Below, piece by piece: positions 38,161 to 52,369 of a DNA stretch of 64,000 bases. This DNA comes from Podarcis melisellensis. Taxonomy: Eukaryota. Where the stretch lies: assembly GCA_964234715.1 (NCBI GenBank), contig OZ174276.1; one strand, 5' to 3'. Below the pieces are notes generated by a model, which was not told the origin of the DNA, did not search any database, and saw only the letters and a list, made by a program, of their open reading frames with translations. How positions within the stretch are numbered: position 1 is the stretch's first letter; every line of letters starts with the position of its first letter. The position numbers and the translations under genes were made by a program.

Positions 38161-41100
38161 TAACTCTGGGTAAGGTATCAACAGATGAGGATTTTAAAGC
38201 TTTGATTATCTAATTGCAGCTGACACTAAACCGATCTTCCTTCCTCTTTAAATTCTTTCAACTGTCACAAAACATTTTCACTTCGAGACCTAGCCACAAT
38301 TAGCACGGTGGCTGCTTTTCTTCTGGTTTTTGAAAGTCAGCCAAAAGAACAGCCGCATATTGCCGATTGGCTGCATGCAAATACATTCCTGCCTCCTTCA
38401 TGTTTCCATCCTCTTCTTTCCTTCTCTAAACAGCAGTGCTACACACACTTGGCATACCAGCACTAACTACAATACTGGGGACAAACCTTATATAGAACCT
38501 GGCAAGCCTCCAGGTGCTTAATTACTTCTCTGCCTTTATCGCGAAAGCTGAAAACATGCAAGTCTATTAAAAATCACAGCTTCTATTTGTGAGCGTACAG
38601 CACTGTCACTGCGTGCTCAAACAATACATTATAGGCTGTAAGTGCTTTTCCCTCTCACAATTTCAAAGCATGGAATGGCAGAGGGAACTCTTTTACTGCT
38701 GCTTAAAGTTCACTGCCAGCCTTCCTAGATTTTGAGAGCAAATCAGGTGATTTATAGCATACAAGCTATGAATTTTGGTGCCATCCATCTATAAGACTAT
38801 AAAATCAACCACCAATAGGGATTACTACTAATAATATAGTTGTCCTAGCATAGGATAAGTACTCCCAGAAGTAACTAAAATATGCATCAACTTGCCACAG
38901 CAGATCTCATAGGAGAAGAATCAGCTGCAATTATTCAGAAACAAAAAAGTTAAAATGCACACAAAACATTATCTAGCTCCTAAAAATATACACATAAAAC
39001 TGCACCAAGCATATGAAGGAACATAGCCAACATTCTGTGAATTTAAGATATATATACTGTAAATTTAAAAAGTAAGTTTCTAGCCCATAAGAGTTATATG
39101 CTAGGCTCAAAAATGAGCAGGCTTTGCTAATGGAAGTAGCCAGAGGAGCTGCTGAGAAAGGAGAAAGATTTCCAGTGGCCAGAACTTCAAATGTCCTGCA
39201 GTCTTCAGCATGCAAGGGTTCATTGACCTGCACAGTGGACTGTCCTCTGTGTAACTGAAAAAAGCATGTAAAATTAAAAATGCAAATGTGCTTAGTCTGC
39301 ATGAATTTGCCTGCAAACTTCTACAACCTGAAGCCTATATGCATTTAGGTTACTTTGGCACCATTTTTAAATGCAGGGTATACATGGCCAACAATCTCTT
39401 TTGTTAAATGACACTGTATCACTGATGTCTCTTTGAACATTTAGTCACAAGCAGCTGCCACCAATTCCTCAGTCGTTGCAACTGCTTTACCTTCTCTTAA
39501 GAATTTATATTTTTGGGTTTCAGTATTTTCTTTAATTTTTTTGCTCTCATTTTGCAAATTCTTGGATTCTCTTTTCTATAAAATTTATTTTTCTTTTAAA
39601 AGTATTTCTGTACCACCTTCTCATAATCTAACAATATTAAAAAATTATAAAACATTAAAAAACCCAGATCAAATACTGCATAGGCCTGTCAGTGTAATAA
39701 AGTCTTCAAGAGACACCTGAAAGCCTAAAGCAAGGATGCCTGCAGATGCCCACAGGATGGGCTGGTGACACTGAATATCACCTTGAACCACTGGGTTGGT
39801 GGTTTGTTAGGTTTCCCCATCCCAAGGCTGTCAATGTGTGTAAATGACTAATTGAAGGAGGGAGGTGCAAATATATCAGATATGTCAACATATCTGCTAC
39901 CAAGTAGTGTTAGAAACAGGGATAGAATATCTAGGAGCCAAATGGCTTCTGGGACCTGGGTTGTGGGCACCAAAACAGAATGTCTAGACGCCAGGGGGAG
40001 GGGGTCAGCAACACTTCTTATTTATTATTTTGATAAGCATGAATTAATATGCAATTCACATAAGTGACACATTGTTAATATCACATTTTTAGCAGAAATT
40101 GTTAGTACATGTTTAATTTGGTGTTTAAAATAAAAGTATTGGTACCGTACTTCAGTTTTCAAAACACTCTACTCTTTATTGTTAAACTCCTTAACATATT
40201 GTCTATCCTTAACATATACTTTGACGCTTCAAATCACATATATTTCAGTAATCCTTGAGTGACAACCAGGCGCAAAAAAATGGAGACTTTTTGAGGTGCT
40301 CGCAAATGGAGAATCTTTGGGTGCAAAATGCTCCCTGCTAATTTCGAGCCCTGCTACAAATATATCAAATATGTATTTTTAATTTTTAAAAATCCACTAT
40401 GGTGTGTTCAAAGTACTATTTACAAGTTAGTTTCTAACAATTGCTAAATACTGAAAAGCCAGACATTAGTTTATGAGGAAATAAAATTACTTCTGCCCTA
40501 TTAACCAATATCTGTCTTCCTTTTCCAACCCAAAGGTGTCCTGAATTGAGCTATAGTTGTCAGGCATCCTATGGGGATGGTATGGGCATTTAAGAATATA
40601 TTTCACTCCAGAATGTATATCTGGAAAGAGTTATACACTGCACTTGTAGCTACTTCGTTGTCCTTTAAACATGGTAGACTTCAAAGGTATTTAAAATGTG
40701 TTCCAAACTATTCCAATTACTCACAGACATACTAGATAGAGAGATCAGCTGTTGGCAGGATCTTGCCAATGTTGGAAGACTCCCAAGCACCTGGTAGCCA
40801 AGCACCTACAAATTTAAGTCTGGCATTTAAAACCATGACAAAGGCAACCCCAAAATGTGATGCTGGCCCTAGGAATTAAAACCACTTTTCCAGTCTTGCA
40901 CCCAACCACCTCTATGCCACTAAGTAATGGGTGCAGCAATTACTAATGCTGTTTTCCATTTTTTCCCCTTTGTTGCTTTTATATCCTGACTTTCTTCCAT
41001 CATAGAACCAAAGGTGGTGTACATGTAGTTTATTACAGATTATCAATTTAAAGCTATTCTTTTCTTCAAGCCCTGCAGAAAAGATTTTTCTTTTTGCAAA

Positions 41101-44100
41101 ACAAGTGTTACAACTCTCCAATTATATTACTTTCTCAGATGTCTGGAATTTTTTTAAGGCAAGTCTCAAGCAGAAAGTAAAAGCAGTGTTATCTTTTTGG
41201 TGCAAGTTACAATTGCAATAATCTTCTAAGCACACAAAAATGGTAATTTTACTATTTAATATAATTTTACACGGAAATATTGTATACCACACAGAGGGTT
41301 TTTAAAAAAAAATTATAAATGCATTTAAATAAATAAAATAATGTGGCCACTTCTAACAGAGTATCATAATGCTTAGGACAACATATATGTGTATATGTAA
41401 CTTGAAACAAATGTGCATACATTTTAGGAGATATATTAAAATCAGCTTTCTGCTTAGAAATTCATCTATTTATCTGGAATTGTCATTTGAAATCCTAAAC
41501 TTGTTTTACATGATAGGCACCTTCCTCTCCACAGCAAGTAAGTGTTATGTCACAAACATCCCAAAGGAAGATTAGGACTTCAAGTGGGACATAAGCAGCA
41601 GGAAGAGCAGGTCAACTTCCAACCCAGTCAAAACCGATTAGCCATGCTAAAAATATACAAAAACTCCATTGTAAGGCGGCAAAGGTTACTGATTACATAG
41701 TACACTTTTCACAACCTCCCAAATGCCAAGTTTAGCCAACTACCAAAGTGGTGCTCTTCTTCCTTAACCTCGAGACAAACATTTTAAGGCTCAGCTATTA
41801 TTAGATGCAAAGTCCATGTCCCACACTCTCCTTCTGACTGTTCTGAACCCCTTTCTCCATGTAGCCAAACTTTCATGATATGATAGCCTTGAAGAATTCT
41901 CATTCAGTTTCCAATATACCCCACTGGGTAGTGGGTTAATTTGTCCACTCTCCTCCCTCTCCCCCATTGAGAAATAAAATTATATTAGCACACATTTCAA
42001 TGTTCGGCTCAGGGACAAAATCTGTTAAGCAAACTAGTACTTAAATTTCATGTTTTTATGATGATGAAAAGTGTACTAAGCACTTAATGTATTTTGGGAA
42101 CATAATGTAGGAACATATTATAATACAAGAAACATATTCTGGCAACCAGTGGACGATATCCAATATTAGTCATACTCAAGAGTAGAACAACTGAAATCAA
42201 TGGAATTGTGTAACTTAAGCACCTTGATTTCAATGGGTCTACTCCAAATATGGCTTAATTAGCTATCACTCAGAAATTTCTAAATACCAGGGGTCTGAAT
42301 TTCAATAAGTATCATATAACAGGTACAGCAAGTGACAAGGTTTTAAAAAGGGATATTAACAAATATATCAGAACCTACAGAATTCTGGGGAAATTCTCCT
42401 TTCATTCTTTGTGAACTTTGGACTAAACTGCATTTATAGGAATATTTTTCATAGTTTTAGACCTCAAGATACTCAAGGCAATGCAATCATTTGTAATTCA
42501 GTGAAGTCTGAATGTTTAAGCTAGCATCCAGTTTTAACAAGGTCTCATAAATTATATGCAGAGGTGTATCTAAAATAGTGGTCACAGATATGTCACCCTT
42601 CTTTAAGAAATTAAATAGCATGCACAAGTCTACTTCTCTTTAAATGCTAAGTTATTGTTTAGGCATTGCACAAAAGTGGTTGTCCTTATATTTTGGAATG
42701 TGTGTAACTTTCCACTTCAATACCCACCTTTAATTTTCACTCTAGTTTGAGAGTTTTCCAAAACACATCTGCTTTTCAATATCGTCAGCTATACTACATT
42801 AAACTATGCTTTTAATTAGCAAAATATGGAACAATAATGCTCAAAAATGGTCTGAAAGCACTCAACAGTTCTACTGCTGAAGAAATGAAAGTAAGCTGCC
42901 TGGATCAGAAATCACCTGGCAACCATATGTAAAGTGCTCTGATAGAGTAGGGTATAAATAGTTTAGTAATAATAATGTTTTAACAAATATGGCATTTATT
43001 TGCATACATATTTTATGTATTAGGTAACTGATTACTGCAAAGGCCCATGGAAATTTATGTTGTATCTTAGCAATTTTATTAGTCATTCAGTTTAAAGATA
43101 TAGTGGAAAGCATAAAACTCCTCCAGTTCCATTACTTCTCCTTCCTGTCATCTTTCCTTCAAGTGTACATTTGGTGCTAGCATTCTCGTTGGTTCTCCAC
43201 TTACATATTTAGATTTCAACAGCATCAGCACTTAGAAAATCTATCCAAGGCCCTCTGCCAAAAGTGGAGTTCTTCTCCAGACATTCAAACCTTTGATGTG
43301 CAACCAAGAAACTAAAATCATTTTGGTTTAAGATTCAGCAGAATGTGCTTCAAAACCATATGAAACCTGATGGCAGATTTATTTTCCTATCTTATTAAAG
43401 TATTTTACTGCTATTGTTTTCATATGTTCCCCACCCAGAAATATCAAGGATAGGCAGAATTAAAAATCTAAATAAAGGACAAAGCAGAATCACACTGCTA
43501 TAAGTGAGAATGCATTCTAAATCCAGCCTATTTCAATCAAACCCCTAAGGTTGATGTATAACTCCACATGAACTAATCCACTAGGAAGAATAAAATAAAG
43601 CAATTTGCATAGAGGCTGCAGCATAACTGTCTTTCAAGAATAAACATATTAAAATACATAGGGTTGCACCCAAATGCTGTTGAGTATGCCTTCCTGTCCT
43701 GTCCTCTATAGTCCCCACACCCCAAAAAATCTGCTCCAGAGGGTTAGGGGGCAGGCCTCCAGAGCATATTTGGGAGTTCACAATGCAGTCCCATTGCACA
43801 AGTGCAGCTTCACTCGCACAGCACTGGATACAACACATGTATTTTCAATTAAAGATCTCATATTAGCTGGTAACAATTTGATGAAATGTTACCACCACAC
43901 TTAAACCAGCATTTAAGGTCTAGGACATCAGACCTCTGAGAAAAACAAACAAAGGAATGTTAAGAATTTAAGGAATGTTTCAGCATTCAGCATACCTAGA
44001 AAAGATTATTTTGCCAGCCTTAAGACTGCATAGCCAGGAAGCACAAAAACAATACAAGAAGGCACAAGAGCTGGAGGAAATGGGGTAAGACTTCAACTCC

Positions 44101-44949
44101 AATAAGAAGGATGTTGGCACTTTTTGCTTACAAGGATTCTTAAACTGCTACAAACAATAATCAAGTGCCGGCCAATTTTTCTATCACAGTTAAGCGTATT
44201 AAGGCATACAAATGAAAGAAAAATGGGAATCAGGGCTCAATTAGACTCAAACCTCACCATGATTTAGCCCTTGAAACTGTTTTTTGATTTTGACTTTACT
44301 GCTCAGGTTCCATCCTGCTGTTCCTGAATGCTTTCCTCCTCATGTCTGAAGAACCACAGTCTGATCCCAATGAATGTGTTTCAGAGGACACAGAACTTTC
44401 AGTTAGACTTCAGCACTGCCCCCTCTGAGTCATAACCATTTAGATTGGGGAAAATGCAAAATAGTTTACTAATCACAATAATCAGTAAAATGGATTTTTT
44501 AAAAATACACCTGAAGCATTTATCCATTTGTTTTTGGATAAGGGATTGGAAAGATTTGCACTCAGTGTATCTTGAACTCCTTCTTACAAAAGAATGCCTC
44601 CTTCCATTTACTTACTCCAAATAAGCCTTGCATTTCATTCATACTGCCTGGATCAGCTTTGGTAGACCCCTTTTAGCCTCATCTTTTCTCAGGCTATTAT
44701 TGGGAAGGAATATATTCTGAGATCCACAAGTAATTCTTCTCAGCTATGATATAAGCTGGCCTAAAGCCCATTAACTCTCACAGGACTAGCTCATCCTGCT
44801 ACAATATCATATCATGCATTTATAGCAGGAACAGTTGCCAACTCTCATGGTTTCTTAAAGTAACAGCTGCTGAATTTTTCAGCTGACTTAAACAAACAAT
44901 AAGTTCCAACTCAGATTTTGAGAAATAAACCAATACAGAGATAGAGTGG

Positions 44950-45515
44950 CTCACTGAAACTTATGCTCCAACCCTAGCTCAGCCCATTTCATCAACCACA
45001 CTTTCTCAGTATATAGCGAAACAAAGTGGACTCCACAGCACTAGAAAGGGCCTTCAAGAGCAGTTGTGTCTCACCATTCCATAACGAAACTACGGCCTTG
45101 ACAGGATCACCTGTTCTATCCACTGAAAAATCCCCACAGCAGTTAGGAATCTATCAGATTCCATCAGTCTCCAGCAGGTGGACCATCCTAACTGGTTCCC
45201 CACCCTTGCAGGGGAGAATTGTTGTTGCAAGTCCATATCTCACAAAGAAGTGGTCTGACCATGATAATGGAGTGATATTCACCATCCTTTATTTCCAGAT
45301 CACTCCTCTCCTCACATGAAGTGAAGACTAAATCAAGATTATGCCCTGTTCTGTGCCTTGGACCAATGACTATCTGAAAAAGGCCTATGGTTGCCCTGAA
45401 CTCCCGAGCTGAACATAAGGAATCCTCACCATGCATGCTGAAGTCACCCAAACCACCTCTCTGGGTTCCTCCAACAAGACAACCTCAGCCAGTTCGGTCA
45501 GGGAGGCTGTTGAAA
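44950..45515 (-). mobile_element. Decayed L2/CR1-clade LINE ORF2 fragment (AP endonuclease region)
   Basis: ORF 45188-45451 has GDFSMH (GDFNxH) and HRTGHNLDLVF (THxxGxxLDL) APE motifs; boundaries approximate. Confidence 0.72.
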
Positions 45516-45661
45516 AACAAGACTATCAATTTCTACCAGCCATGATGGCTGCATACTACCTCCACAATCAGAAACCATATGCCTTTGGATACCAGTTGCT
45601 GGATATCAAAGGTGGGGAAAGTATACTCTATCTACCTCCCTCCCTGCCTGCCTGCCTATCA

Positions 45662-45720
<59 letters not shown>
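45662..45720 (+). repeat. Compound (TCTG)n(TCTA)n microsatellite, adjoining a probable minus-strand LINE/SINE 3' tail
   Basis: Directly visible repeat, followed by TTATATACCACCC..AGGGTGGTTCACAA. Confidence 0.9.
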
Positions 45721-46099
45721 GACTTATATACCACCCTCCATCATATCAGGGTGGTTCACAAGGTAAAAATACAAGGTAAACGCACAAATAGTTAAAACAA
45801 AAACAACAAAACAATAAACCCCTCCCACAAACACATTTTAAAGGCTGTAGAAGCATTTGGCAAAATTATAAAAGGAAGACTCAGAAGGCCTAGTGGTGTC
45901 AGGCAATGATTGCAATGCATAAACAGTAGCTTCTTAGAAAGGGAAGAGGGCTATGTTATTCCCATTCCTCTACCTCAATCTGGAGGTAGGTCCACGTAGG
46001 TCCTGCTTGCAAACTTCACAAATGGCTGACCACTGTTAGAATAGGAAGTATTTAGAGCAAAGGACTAAATGGCCTTTTGGTCAGATAGAACAGGGCTCA

Positions 46100-46433
46100 T
46101 CTTGCACAGAAAGCCCCAGTTCAATACCTGGCATGTTCAGGTATTGCTGAGAAAGAGACCAGTCTGAAACACTAGAAAGTCACTGCCAGTGGGAATAGAC
46201 AAAGCAGAACCAGATGAAACAATGATTTGACTATGACTGCACACATACTATACCTTTCAAGCAACTCTGAAGCACATTCTTTCCCTTCAGAGAATTCTAG
46301 GCATTGTCTTTTACCCCTCACATATTTATAATTCCCAGCAACACTTAACAAGCTATACTGCCCAGAATTCTTGGAGGGCAGAAATGTGTTTTAAAGGTAT
46401 AGTGTGTATGTAGCTTTGATGTAAGACAGCTTC
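46100..46433 (+). mobile_element. Degenerate tRNA-derived SINE (Squam3-like) interrupted by a palindromic MITE at about 46236-46415
   Basis: B-box-like AGTTCAATACC and TGAAAC..AGAAAGTCACTGCCAGT..TAGACAA; SINE resumes as GTAAGACAGCTTC after an inverted-repeat element (ACACATACTATACCTTT...AAAGGTATAGTGTGT). Confidence 0.55.
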
Positions 46434-47748
46434 ATGCACTCATGGACAAATTCTGCGGACAGCTTTCCTCAGATTGGGTTGTGCAGGGGAACAGCTGGTA
46501 GTATGAAATGTTTGACTCATATCTACATATGTCATAAACTAAGAGTGGGGGACCTGTGACCCTCCAGATGTTGCTGAACTCCAACTTTCCTCTGCCTCAG
46601 CCAGCCAGTCATGGATGATAGGAATTGTAGTCCAACATCTGGACGGCCACAGGTTCCCCACCCCTTCCATAAACAGTCAAAATTTAAGATTTCTCAATAG
46701 GCGGTGAGCTATAACTGCATTGGAATTGCTGGAAATAAGCAGGAGGGAGGCTGATATTTCTTGCTTGCCTGGATGTCCAGTTTACTCAAAGCAGAGATGA
46801 AATGCAGCAAGGAGACACAGATGGGAGTGGATCCAAGCAAGTGGACAAGAAGCTGCTGCACAGGGGTTAGAGGAGCAAGACAGATATTTGTGACTGAGCA
46901 GAAGATACAGAGAGTTTAGAAGGGATGTGTGATTTCAAACGTTTCTGAAGATTGGTTAATGAGAAATATTATGAAGCATTACTTGAGTACATGTTATATA
47001 CCTATTTTCCCCATGACAGCCTTCTATTATGAGAACTGAAGATCTGAAAGGAATACCTGAAGTCAACCAAGCATGAAGCAAGATTAAATGTTGTGTTATG
47101 TTTTCCTATGTGGGCTACAAATAACTATGAAGAAAATTAATGTTGTTATTGTAACAGTGAATATTTTAAGATTATCCGCATTATGGCTACATCAGAACAA
47201 ACCTTAAAATTATACACATGTAACCTAACATGAAGCCAAAGTCCATTGAGAAGGCAACATTGCCTCATGGCTTTTAGGACACTTATAGCTTCTGAACATT
47301 GTAGCAAGGATGCAGCTCTGACAAAACATAGTAAATCAATCTACCAATTAACAAAATAAAGTGAACAGGCAAGACTCTTCAAAGGTGTGTGCCTCCCTTT
47401 AAGTTACAGATTAACTGTAAGGCCTCCATATAGCATACACCTTAGCTTATAGGATCTGCCTATCTCAGTACAAGTATATTCAAGCACAATATGTTTCAAT
47501 GTCTACTCAGAATGGGGTATCAAGGAAGCAAAAGCACCATAACAATTATTTAAGCCAAAATATACTTCAAGATGTACGGACTCAGAATGAGCTGATCAGC
47601 AATCATCACTTGGTCCATTCAAGATATACAAGCATCAGGCTGTGAAGGTTTTCGTTGAAGGAATGCACTCTTCCCATGGAGATCCACCTTCCATTTTGAG
47701 AGTTGTATTCCTTTTGTACACCATTTTTAGATACATATGATTTCACAA

Positions 47749-47856
47749 GGTTGCATCCAACTAAGTTCTAATAAGAGTAGACCCACTGAAATTGACAGAC
47801 ATGGGTTTAGTAATTTCAGTGGGTTTACCCTCAGTAGAACTTAGCTGAAAACAACC
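47749..47856. mobile_element. Old palindromic non-autonomous DNA element; related copies near 2573-2685 and 42150-42270
   Basis: GGTTG..AACTAAGTTCTA..GAGTAGACCCACTGAAAT ... ATTTCAGTGGGT..AGTAGAACTTAG..CAACC inverted repeat, recurring in the window. Confidence 0.65.
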
Positions 47857-48326
47857 ACTGTCTCAATTAATTAGTCCTAGCTGTTGCCTGTAGGAAAGCT
47901 TTTACAATTACAAGCTGCTTCTTGCTAACTTGGTTTCAAGACTTTTAGTTAATTACATTTCTATTCTAACCTCTCAGGGAAGCATGCATGGGCAATGTTC
48001 TCAACTAGAGTATGGTAAGCAGAGATCTGCAGTGTTGAAACAGGCAACATTTGGTACAGAAACAGCATGTGACTACTGTTTAATAAGCTACCAACATGGC
48101 TTTATTTGAGTGTTTCTGAAGAATTAAGTCTCATTTCTACACTGCTCGCACATACTTTCTAGGTGAATGTACTCCTGCGACCAGAGAACAGAACAAAGTC
48201 TTCCCCTCTAAATGACCACTATGTTCTGAGTGGGAGAAAGGCAATTCTGAGTTAAAGGTTAACTATTTAATTGAGAATCTGAACAGGTTCTCTTCATGCA
48301 ATGCATTTTCCAGCATAAATCCTTAC

Positions 48327-48659
48327 CTGCTGGGGTCTGAGTTTTACTGGGGTGGTGATGTCCACCTACTCCTGGCTGTGGAGGAGGACTTGCTCCTGCT
48401 TGTCCAGTACCTTGCGCTGGGCTCGTGCTGATCAGAGTTCCAGTAGGCAGAGGCTGGCCTCTTTTTAAGAGCTGCTTCTGTTCTTGTTGGCGGAAGCGTG
48501 GAGGCACCTCACGAGGCAGGTATCGGGATGCAGCTGGCTGCTGCCCATTGGCAGATGCACGCTTGCCATTGCTATTGTTAGTAATAGTGCTGGTGGAAGT
48601 ACTGGTACTGGTACCGGCAGGTTGGGGCTGGCTTAAACTGGTCTTAATAGGTTCTGGCA
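48327..48659 (-). CDS. TNRC6C: TNRC6C N-terminal coding exon ([15 protein letters not shown]...[25 protein letters not shown]...), 333 nt, phase 1-1
   Basis: Acceptor TTTTCAACAG|TG, donor CAG|GTAAGG; contains the [17 protein letters not shown] motif of TNRC6 N-termini. Confidence 0.9.
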
Positions 48660-50468
48660 CTGTTGAAAATGAAATATTAAGAACACATTTATTGGGCGAA
48701 AGAATTACACAACATTCTTTTAAAAACACAGCTTAACTGAAAGTAGATCTCAGTCCACCTTTGTACATTTGTTTTAAATAGAAACTTAGTAGTTTCCCCC
48801 AAAGTATGTGTTATGGAAAACCAACACATTGTACATTTAAATGCAATCATTTTTCTAAAAAAATATTTATTGGCAACATTGACCGATTATGAAGTATGAA
48901 GGGATCGTATGTGATGTGCATTTAAATAATTTTAGAAACAGGTCCCTAATCCATTATCATGTCATTCCCTAATCATGGCTCCACAACTAAAAAGGCCCTG
49001 TCTCATATGCCCATCTGCTTTCTGCATATGAAGGAATGCAAGGCAAGGCTTCAAATGCTGATTTAAGTGGAAGGCCAGGGACATCTAGGATGAGGCAGAT
49101 TACTGAGAGATTTAGAAGTCAAAACCAGTATTTTGCATCGGACCTGGAAACAAATCAATAACCATCACAAATGAAATAATATATGTCCCGTATTATATGC
49201 ATTTTGAACCAACTGAGGTTTCTGAGCACTCACACAGAACACCTTATGTTACGATGGCTTAGAAAAACTTCATACAGCATAGTAACAGTTCATGCAGATA
49301 AAAGTCAGCAAATCATAGTTTGGTATAGTTTACACACTAGGTCACAAATGTTCAGGCAGGCTTAGGTACCAAGTTGTTAGAATAATCTCAATATCTTCTT
49401 AACAAATCACAATGAAGACTCAATTTGTGCCTTCTCATAAATGTCAAACTTCACCTCTTATCTTGTAAATCAGCTGCTGTTACATAGGTACAAAAAGAGA
49501 TGCTATTCCTTCATACCCTGCTTCTCTGAACAATTACAGAATAAAAATGAGCTTAAGTATTCTACAAAATTCACAGCAGCCCTTGTGTTTTACATTCTTT
49601 TCAACTTCATTTGTAAAGCTCAAAGTCAATGTGCTGCACTACATATACAGTACATTTAACACAGCCCAGGAATGTATACTCTGGGAATACAGATGAAATA
49701 CAGACTTTGTTTAAACCTCTGCAGCTGCTCAAAACTAGAAACATTTCCTGGGTTTTTAATTGGAATGAAACCAGAGCTAGATCCCCATTGTAGTAACATT
49801 ATCCAAGAACAATGAAGTATCAAACAGAGAAATGCTTGTACTGTATTAATCCCCACCCCACCCCCTGTAACCTGCTAAGGTTAATATCTAGAGATAGAGG
49901 AAATCACAAAGTAATTGATGGGAAAGTATAACATGACTTTTTTATCCACAACTGTACCATTAACCAGCTGATGCAGCAGTATTTGCTGCCAGAGTCAGGC
50001 TCCTGGAAAATTTTAAGCAATGTGATCCTATTAAAACAGAATGTGTGTGGGTGTTTACTAAAAGGACTTTGGGGAGGAAATTAGCTAGTTTTACTACATT
50101 AATTACATTGCCAAATACAAATGTTTTGTACCATTTAAATACAGACATCTTAATACATCTTCACAGAATTTTCTATTTCCTACCTAATCTGATCTATTGG
50201 AAATCAGTTTCTTTTTTAAAGTTACAGCTAAGAATGTTATCCAGAGATAGTAGTCCAAAAAGTTCGTGCAAATTTGATGTGCAACTTTGCTCTGTTGCCA
50301 TCTTGCCTTTTCTACAACCTTCTTTTCCCCCCATTTCTAATTTCCAGTATGCTCATCCTGTACCATAGGGGTGGAGAACCTGTGACCCTCCAGATGTTGC
50401 TGGAATATAATTCCCACCATCCCTGACCACTAGGCATGCTGAATAGGGCTAACAGGAGTTGGAGTTCA

Positions 50469-50608
50469 GCTGGAATAGCTCAGTTGGTAGAGCATGAGAC
50501 TCTTGAAGCCCCACAATGGGCAAAAAAGATTACTGCAGTGCAGGAGGTTGGACTAGATGACCCTTGTGGTCCCTTCCAACTCTACAGTTCTATGACTCTA
50601 TGATTCTA
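50469..50608 (+). mobile_element. tRNA-Lys-derived SINE with CR1-type tail (P.s.1/SINE-like), nested in a hAT MITE (50366-50642)
   Basis: TAGCTCAGTTGGTAGAGCATGAGACTCTT matches the tRNA-Lys(CTT) 5' half; tail GGACTAGATGACCC..GGTCCCTTCCAACTCTA with TCTATGA repeats. Confidence 0.85.
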
Positions 50609-52369
50609 CAAAATATGGAGGGCCACAGATTCCCCACTACTGTTGTACAGGAAACCATAATATGATGGAGATAAGTGTGTGATGTTGACAGCTAGGCTCT
50701 CAAGCTGCAAATTCTAATAGTTTCCTTTTGTGGTCCCAAAAGCCCACCTGGCTTAACTAGCTTAAGTCCTTTGTGGGTTGCACTGTCAGCATCTGTCAGT
50801 CAGGCACAGAAGGAGCTGCCCTTTCATGTGCATGCATGTGTGTGTACACACACACACCAAACCAAAGTTTTTTCATATTAATATATGTTTGGTCAAAATC
50901 TCTCACATTCTGACAGGATAGTCTGCATTTGGGAATTTCAGATTTCCCAGTGGTTCCAGTGTACACCCTTCCTGGCTTTAATAAAATCAGAAAGGGTGAC
51001 CAACATGATAAGATTGCATTGAATGTGAAATGCTGCCATGGTGGCTTAAACTACAATTCAAAAAATCTATCCATTCTTTAGGACTGCACCCCTATGCACA
51101 CCTCCCTGAGAGTCAGTCCCACTGAACTCAGTGAAGTTTACACAAGAGTAGACATGCCTACAACTGCACTATAGAATACTCTTTAAGCATTTGAATGAAC
51201 TTCTCAGGTTTAAGAACTGCACGTGCAAGTCTGCACTATTTTCTCCTTCATTCAACCATTTGCCACATAATGAACACATCCAGTTGTTCTACAACTATTA
51301 TGCATTAAACCATTACATTACCATTGTAAGCTCTCAAGCTTTTACTCCCCAATTACTCCAAACAAAAATAAACCTTTCCCTTGTAAAATTTCTCAGGTTA
51401 CAATCTTCTTTGGTGAAAGCCATTTGTTCACAGGAGACAGCACATCTTTAGGCTTTGAAACAGAAGACATTGCATGTATCCATTTCACACACAGTAAAAG
51501 GCTAGTGTTTATACAGGGAAGATATTAGAAATTGTAGATCTCTAAGCAGGGTTTTGAGACAGGAAACCAAAATTGTAGGACGACTAATTCGGAGGTGAAT
51601 TCTGTATCATGCTAAATCTTTGTTGTCTGGCTTTTCTTATTCAGACCTATTCACTTATTTATATCAGCCACGTGCACACATCCCAGTTATGTGTGCCTCA
51701 GACCTGCCCTCCAGATTTCTATCAAACATGTCACACATGCTAATCTTGCCTGAAGTAATGAGGCCAAACTCACTTGGTCTGCGCCTGATTCTCTGGCGCA
51801 AAGCAATTGGGAGTCTAGCAGTGAGGGGGTGCTCGTGACACAATGCAACTGGCAGCCCACATGAGTTATCAGAATGGCTGAAAGAGCACAGAGTGCTAGT
51901 CAAATAAAAATATGGCCTTGGGAAATCCACCAATTCCAAGCACTGATCTAAGGCAGACTTTGCAGAAGCTGCTGTTTGATTCTCCTGCAGGAGAAAATCT
52001 AGAAGCACTACTATGGTTAAGTAGAAAAGCACAATGACAACTGAGAAAAGCCAATGGGCTCCACAAAGAACCTAGATATGGTAAAGAATAAAAGCAACAA
52101 CATGTTTTATTTGTACAGAGACCGTCTCAAAACAAATCAAAACAAAAAATTGCACAATGGAAAGGAAAATTAAATAGCAAATGGATTTGGAGGATAATAT
52201 TAGAAGCTAAATGCTCCTTTTTAAATTAAGACAAAACTGAAGAATAAACAATTCAGCTTCTCATCAATGCTGTGCACATAGCTCCCATTAGTTTTTAAAA
52301 AGCAGAAAATGAAAGAACCACTCCTCTGCTAATTCTTATTCAAAGGGTCAGTTTGGACATTATGCTAAA

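Larger units (their letters stand above)
395..48659 (-). other. TNRC6C: TNRC6C (GW182 paralog C) gene body, partial; 3' exons lie beyond the window and 5' exon(s) were not found in it
   Basis: Spliced exons give MATGSAQGNFTGHTKK..., GW/WG repeats, UBA (LIKQLTDMGFP-REPAEEALKSN), a Q-rich region and PAM2 ([16 protein letters not shown]), matching my recollection of human TNRC6C rather than TNRC6A/B. All junctions are AG/GT with compatible phases. Confidence 0.96.

Noticed and set aside
50469-50520. tRNA-Lys(CTT) gene
   Set aside because: The 3' anticodon strand and part of the T arm are deleted and the sequence runs into a CR1-type tail; it is a SINE head. The same applies to 62011-62050.
51664-52032. 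122-aa minus-strand ORF with an acceptor-like TTTTCTCCTGCAG as an upstream TNRC6C exon
   Set aside because: The peptide does not resemble the Lys/Glu-rich TNRC6 N-terminal exons and I found no convincing in-phase donor.
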